From the NCBI GenBank assembly GCA_031835245.2, contig JAVKOQ020000081.1:124001-188000 (forward strand): a stretch of DNA of 64,000 nt, in the 5' to 3' direction. A program made the position numbers and the translations under genes. Source of the stretch: Balamuthia mandrillaris. Taxonomy: Eukaryota. The notes under the pieces are model-generated. The model had not been told where the DNA came from. It ran no database searches and saw nothing but the letters and a program-made list of their open reading frames with translations. Position 1 is the stretch's first letter. Each line of letters begins with the position of its first letter. This document shows positions 60,129-64,000 of the stretch, piece by piece.

Positions 60129-60763
60129 AGAAGAAGCAGAAGAAGAAGAAGAAGAAGAACAAGAAGAACAAGAAGAACAAGAAGAACAAGAAGAACAACA
60201 ACAACAACAACAAGAACAAGAACAAGAAGAAATTAGAAGTTACAAACATTGAGCATGCCATTGAAGTAAAACCCGGTGCCGTCAAACAACATGTCGCCAT
60301 AGGTGAGCACCACGAACGCCATGGCATAGGTCTCCTTCTCGCTGAGCTCCAACCGTTGGGCCAACCGCACGCAGCGCGGTTGCAACGCCCCCGTCCTCCT
60401 GTGCTGCTCCAGGCGAGCCTCAATGAGGTACTTGGCGTAGGCGTGCAGCCCGCGCAGCGCCTCTATCAGCCGGTTCAACTCCTCCACATCCACTCCCTTG
60501 GCGCTGCCGCCTTGTTGCGTCGTCTCTTTCTTTGGCTCGCTGAAGACCTTTCGGAGGTTCTTCTTGGCCTCCTCCCCGGCGGACCAGACCTCGAAGACGG
60601 CGTTGACGGCGGCCAGGTAGTCCATGTCCCGCAGGAAGAGGGCCTCGGGGGAGCGGGTCAGCTCCGTCCAGGACTGGGGCCGGAGGCAGTAGGGCAGCTT
60701 GGGATAGTCCCGAAGGAGCTGTTCCAGAGTGGGCGGAGGGAGGGTAGAGAGGGGGTCGCTCAT
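56369..60763 (-). CDS. Tandem (double) AAA+ ATPase with helical/winged-helix-like N-terminal region, multi-exon
   Basis: D1: LFFGKSGTGKT, VLFFDECE, MATNRAFDLDEAMHRR. D2: LFYGPPGTGKT, LVFDDAEALFG, DRYANLD, LTTNLIDTIDQAFFRR. Confidence 0.9.
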
Positions 60764-61460
60764 TTTTCTGTTCCTGTTTCTTTGTTTGTTTCTCTTTTTT
60801 TTGAAGAAGAAGAAGAATGGACAAGAGAACAAGGAGAACAAAAAAGAAACAGGAAAAGTAGGCTTGCTGCCGCTTGAGCGAAAAGACGGACTCAGAGGCA
60901 CCACCGGCGGCGTTACGGCCCTCTCCTTCTGCTAATTTCACTCCATTTCTATAATTTTTCTGATCGATCGATCTACTCCTTGGCCAATGAAAATTCAAAA
61001 CCGAGGGACATCGGACCAATCCGATTTCATAACGTGGATATTAACCTTCCATGACGACGCGAAAATTGGCTCGATGCATGCTTTGTCCGCAAAAAATACA
61101 GCGAAAGAGAAGAGAGAGAAGAGAGAGAAGAGAGAGATCGACTTGACCACCCGAGAGCGATTTGTTTTTTTTAAAAAAAAAACAGCCACCACCACCACCG
61201 CAGGGGTTGGCGGTAAAAACAACGAAAACACCCAAGGTAGGAGGAGGCACGCTCATTTTTGTTTTTTGTTTTTTTGATGAAGCGCTACCCCCTTTTTTTT
61301 TGTTGTTCAGTTTTTTTTTTATTATTAATAGATTTTTATTATTATTATTTTTTTTGGTTTTAGTGAAAAAGAGAACAACGCACGGTACGAAGAGCGCAAA
61401 AGGGAGTGTGTTTGTTTTGGTTTTTTTCAAAAAAAGCCTTGAGTCTCTCAATCCTACGCC

Positions 61461-64000
61461 ATGGAAGCTGATCCCGACCTTCTCTTGGCTATCGCTTTGT
61501 CCGAGTCTCTAATGGTACGTATTGTTTTTTGATTTGATGTTTTGATTTCTAATGTTATTTTTAATTGTCTTGTCAGGAAGGAAAAGGTGAGTCTGGAGAG
61601 GATGCTGGCTCCTCCACCCCTGCTGCTTCGGGCCAGCAGCAGTCCTCCTCTGGTTCTGCTGCTGCTTCTTCCTCCACCGCCGCGGCCGGTGCTTCCGCTT
61701 CTACCGATACCTCCCAGCCTTCTATGATCGTAGAGGTGTGTTCTCCTTCTCCTTCTCCTTCTCCTTCTTTCTTTTCTTTTTGATCTTACTTTTGTCCGAA
61801 ATAATAAAAAACAAAGGAACCTTCGTCATGGAAGGAGTTGGTAGAAGCGTTAGCAGAAGCCGCCACCGAGGAAGAAAAAGCGGCATTGTTCTTTGCGGAG
61901 GACCGCTCCTCCCTTTTAGTCCCTCTCGCTTCCTTGCTGGCTTCGTTCCCGCTCTGTTCTCCCAGCGATGCCCAGTCACCTCTCAGTCCTGAGCAACTGT
62001 CCTGCATACTTGTCATTTTGGAGGCGCTCGCCCACCACATTGCAGCTTGCGATTGGAAGTCATGTTCGTACCTCTCTTTTCTCACCCGCTCTTCCTCCAT
62101 CTGTCTCTACCTTTCTTTATTCCTCTCTCGCTCATTCTTTGGTGTCGATACAGCTAAAAGCAACAAAGCGCCCTCTCTGTTCTCTGAAAAAGAGAGCAAC
62201 AATATTGACGACAATGTTTTGAAGAACAACCTCAGTGTTGTAAAGAAGACCTGCAAAGGCATGCTGAAGCTTCTGTTGTGTGTTCTGGCCACCACAAATA
62301 ACAACAAACAAGAAGACGGATCATCACAGACTACACATGACAAGGACACCAGGGATACAATCTTACGGATCTTTAAATGCCTTTTGCAAGGCAAAACTGA
62401 CAAGTCTTCGGTGGCCACAGTTTCTGCCCTTGTTATCTCTCTTTCTCCTTCTCAACTGGCTTCTCTGCCTCCGCTTTCTGTAGACGAGGAGGAAGATGTG
62501 ATGGGCAAGTCGGTTCCCAAAGAGTCTTCCGGCGCCTCGTCATCTACTTCCTCCTTGTTGAAGGATGAAAAGGAAGGGGATAACGACATGATCACCATTA
62601 TAGAACGATTTTTGCGCCCAGACGTTCAGCTTTCATCTGTTGGAGAAAGAAAGAACACTCTGCGTAAATCTTTGCAGTTGCCATCGTCGGCTGCTGCACT
62701 GCAACCTACCCTCCTCCAGTCCAATGCTCGGCACTTTTTCAACTTCTTTGGAGGTTTCTTGCTTCCCTTCTTCTGTTCTCTAGTTGTTCTCTTGATCGGC
62801 TAACTGAAATCATTTTTTTTTTCTTTGCATCAGTTTCGGTTATGGCTTCGTTGTGTGGCTCGCTGATTCTCGGTCTGGAAGGGAACATCGAAGATGAGAA
62901 GGGATATATGGACTTGAGCGAACGTATCAGCTTTGTGAAGGAAACGCTCAATCTGCTATTGTCTCCATCTCTCCATTCTCCTCCCATACGTACGTATTCT
63001 GTCTTTTTTTTGGTCATCTCATTATGACAAAAGCCAATCATGTGCATTTCTTATTTTATGCTGTTAATACAGACATAAAAGACTGGAGCGCACTTGCATG
63101 GTGCCTGCACCTTCTCCATCGTGTTCTCCAAACCCATCGAGCGGAGCACCGTTATTTAGAACGACTGGAACCTGCTCGACAAAAATCAACAAAGCTTCTT
63201 GTAGATCGTTTGGTGCGTTTCCCTAAATCAACCAAATCCCAAACTGCAACGTTTATTCTAACCGTATCGCGTTTTTCTTGATTTGCTTATTGGATTTTCT
63301 TTTTTGGTGCATTAGTTGATTGAGAGTGTGCTCACTCTTATCTCCCGCCTGCAAGCGGGACACCCAACAGACGTTGATGTAATCACTAATGCACGTGTAT
63401 TGGTCATTCATACCATCCTGCACACCATCAACTCCCATCGCATCTCTCTCCAAAACTTATTAGAACATGGGGTTACATTAGAAACGTGAGACTGCTTTTT
63501 TTTTCTCACTTATGTGTTTCTTCTTTTGCTTTTGCATTAATTCTCGTAATCTATATAGCGAACAACGCTCCTATAGCCTGCTCTCTTTGACTTGGCTTGC
63601 TTTAGACCTTATCTCGGTGCATTTGGAACAAACCAACAACAAGTCCTCCTCACTGAAATCGGCTCTTCCAGAAACAGAAGCTACTACTCTTCCGCCTTAT
63701 CTTCAGGGCCAACAGGTGCCGTCTACCTCCTTTTCTCTGCAACAACAGACGGACAAACCAGAAGTTAGCCTTGATTGTCTCAAATCCTACGACCCGGAAA
63801 CGCTTTTCCAGTTCATTTTTGGTCAAAGTGATGATTCCAATTTTCTTAACTCTATTTTTGCCCTTCTTGTAGTTTGTTTCGTTTCCGTACGTTCTTCCGT
63901 TTATATTTTTTGATCTTCTTTTGTTGATGGATATACTAAACCCAATATACGAAAATAGTGCACAGTCAAACCTGTTGAAGAGTCTTCAAAATCCTATTCG
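61461..64000 (+). CDS. 5' part of a large multi-exon protein with an N-terminal UIM-like motif and helical region; truncated by the window end
   Basis: First exon MEADPDLLLAIALSESLM followed by a GT donor; successive leucine-rich exons with GT-AG introns. Confidence 0.7.

Overview
A gene-dense, intron-rich eukaryotic window with about 22 protein-coding loci, short GT-AG introns full of (CT)n/(CTT)n microsatellites, and the standard genetic code. The style suggests a free-living amoebozoan such as Balamuthia, but that is inference only. In order, it contains: a truncated 5' gene fragment; an LSD1/KDM1-type demethylase with an SRI-like tail; two tandem Sel1-repeat/ZZ-finger paralogs, both disrupted; a secreted beta-lactamase-fold hydrolase; a very large acidic repeat protein with a calponin-homology domain; a nucleoside hydrolase; TMEM175; a SAP-domain gene; three paralogous P450s interrupted by a secreted subtilisin; DUF1990; an intronless Ham1/ITPase; an intron-containing tRNA-Arg(CCT); a PPR protein; CWC21/SRRM2; an FKBP; a MITE-like inverted repeat; PCCA; a secreted FG-GAP protein; mitochondrial uL3; a PP2C-like protein; a double-AAA ATPase; and the 5' part of a large UIM-bearing gene. 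I found no clearly new multi-gene system. The best leads are the LSD1-SRI fusion, the double-AAA ATPase resembling bacterial Afp15-type enzymes, two horizontal-transfer candidates, the MITE, orphan B-box/tRNA fragments and a triple-CRE promoter. All exon boundaries were read by eye and no database searches were run.
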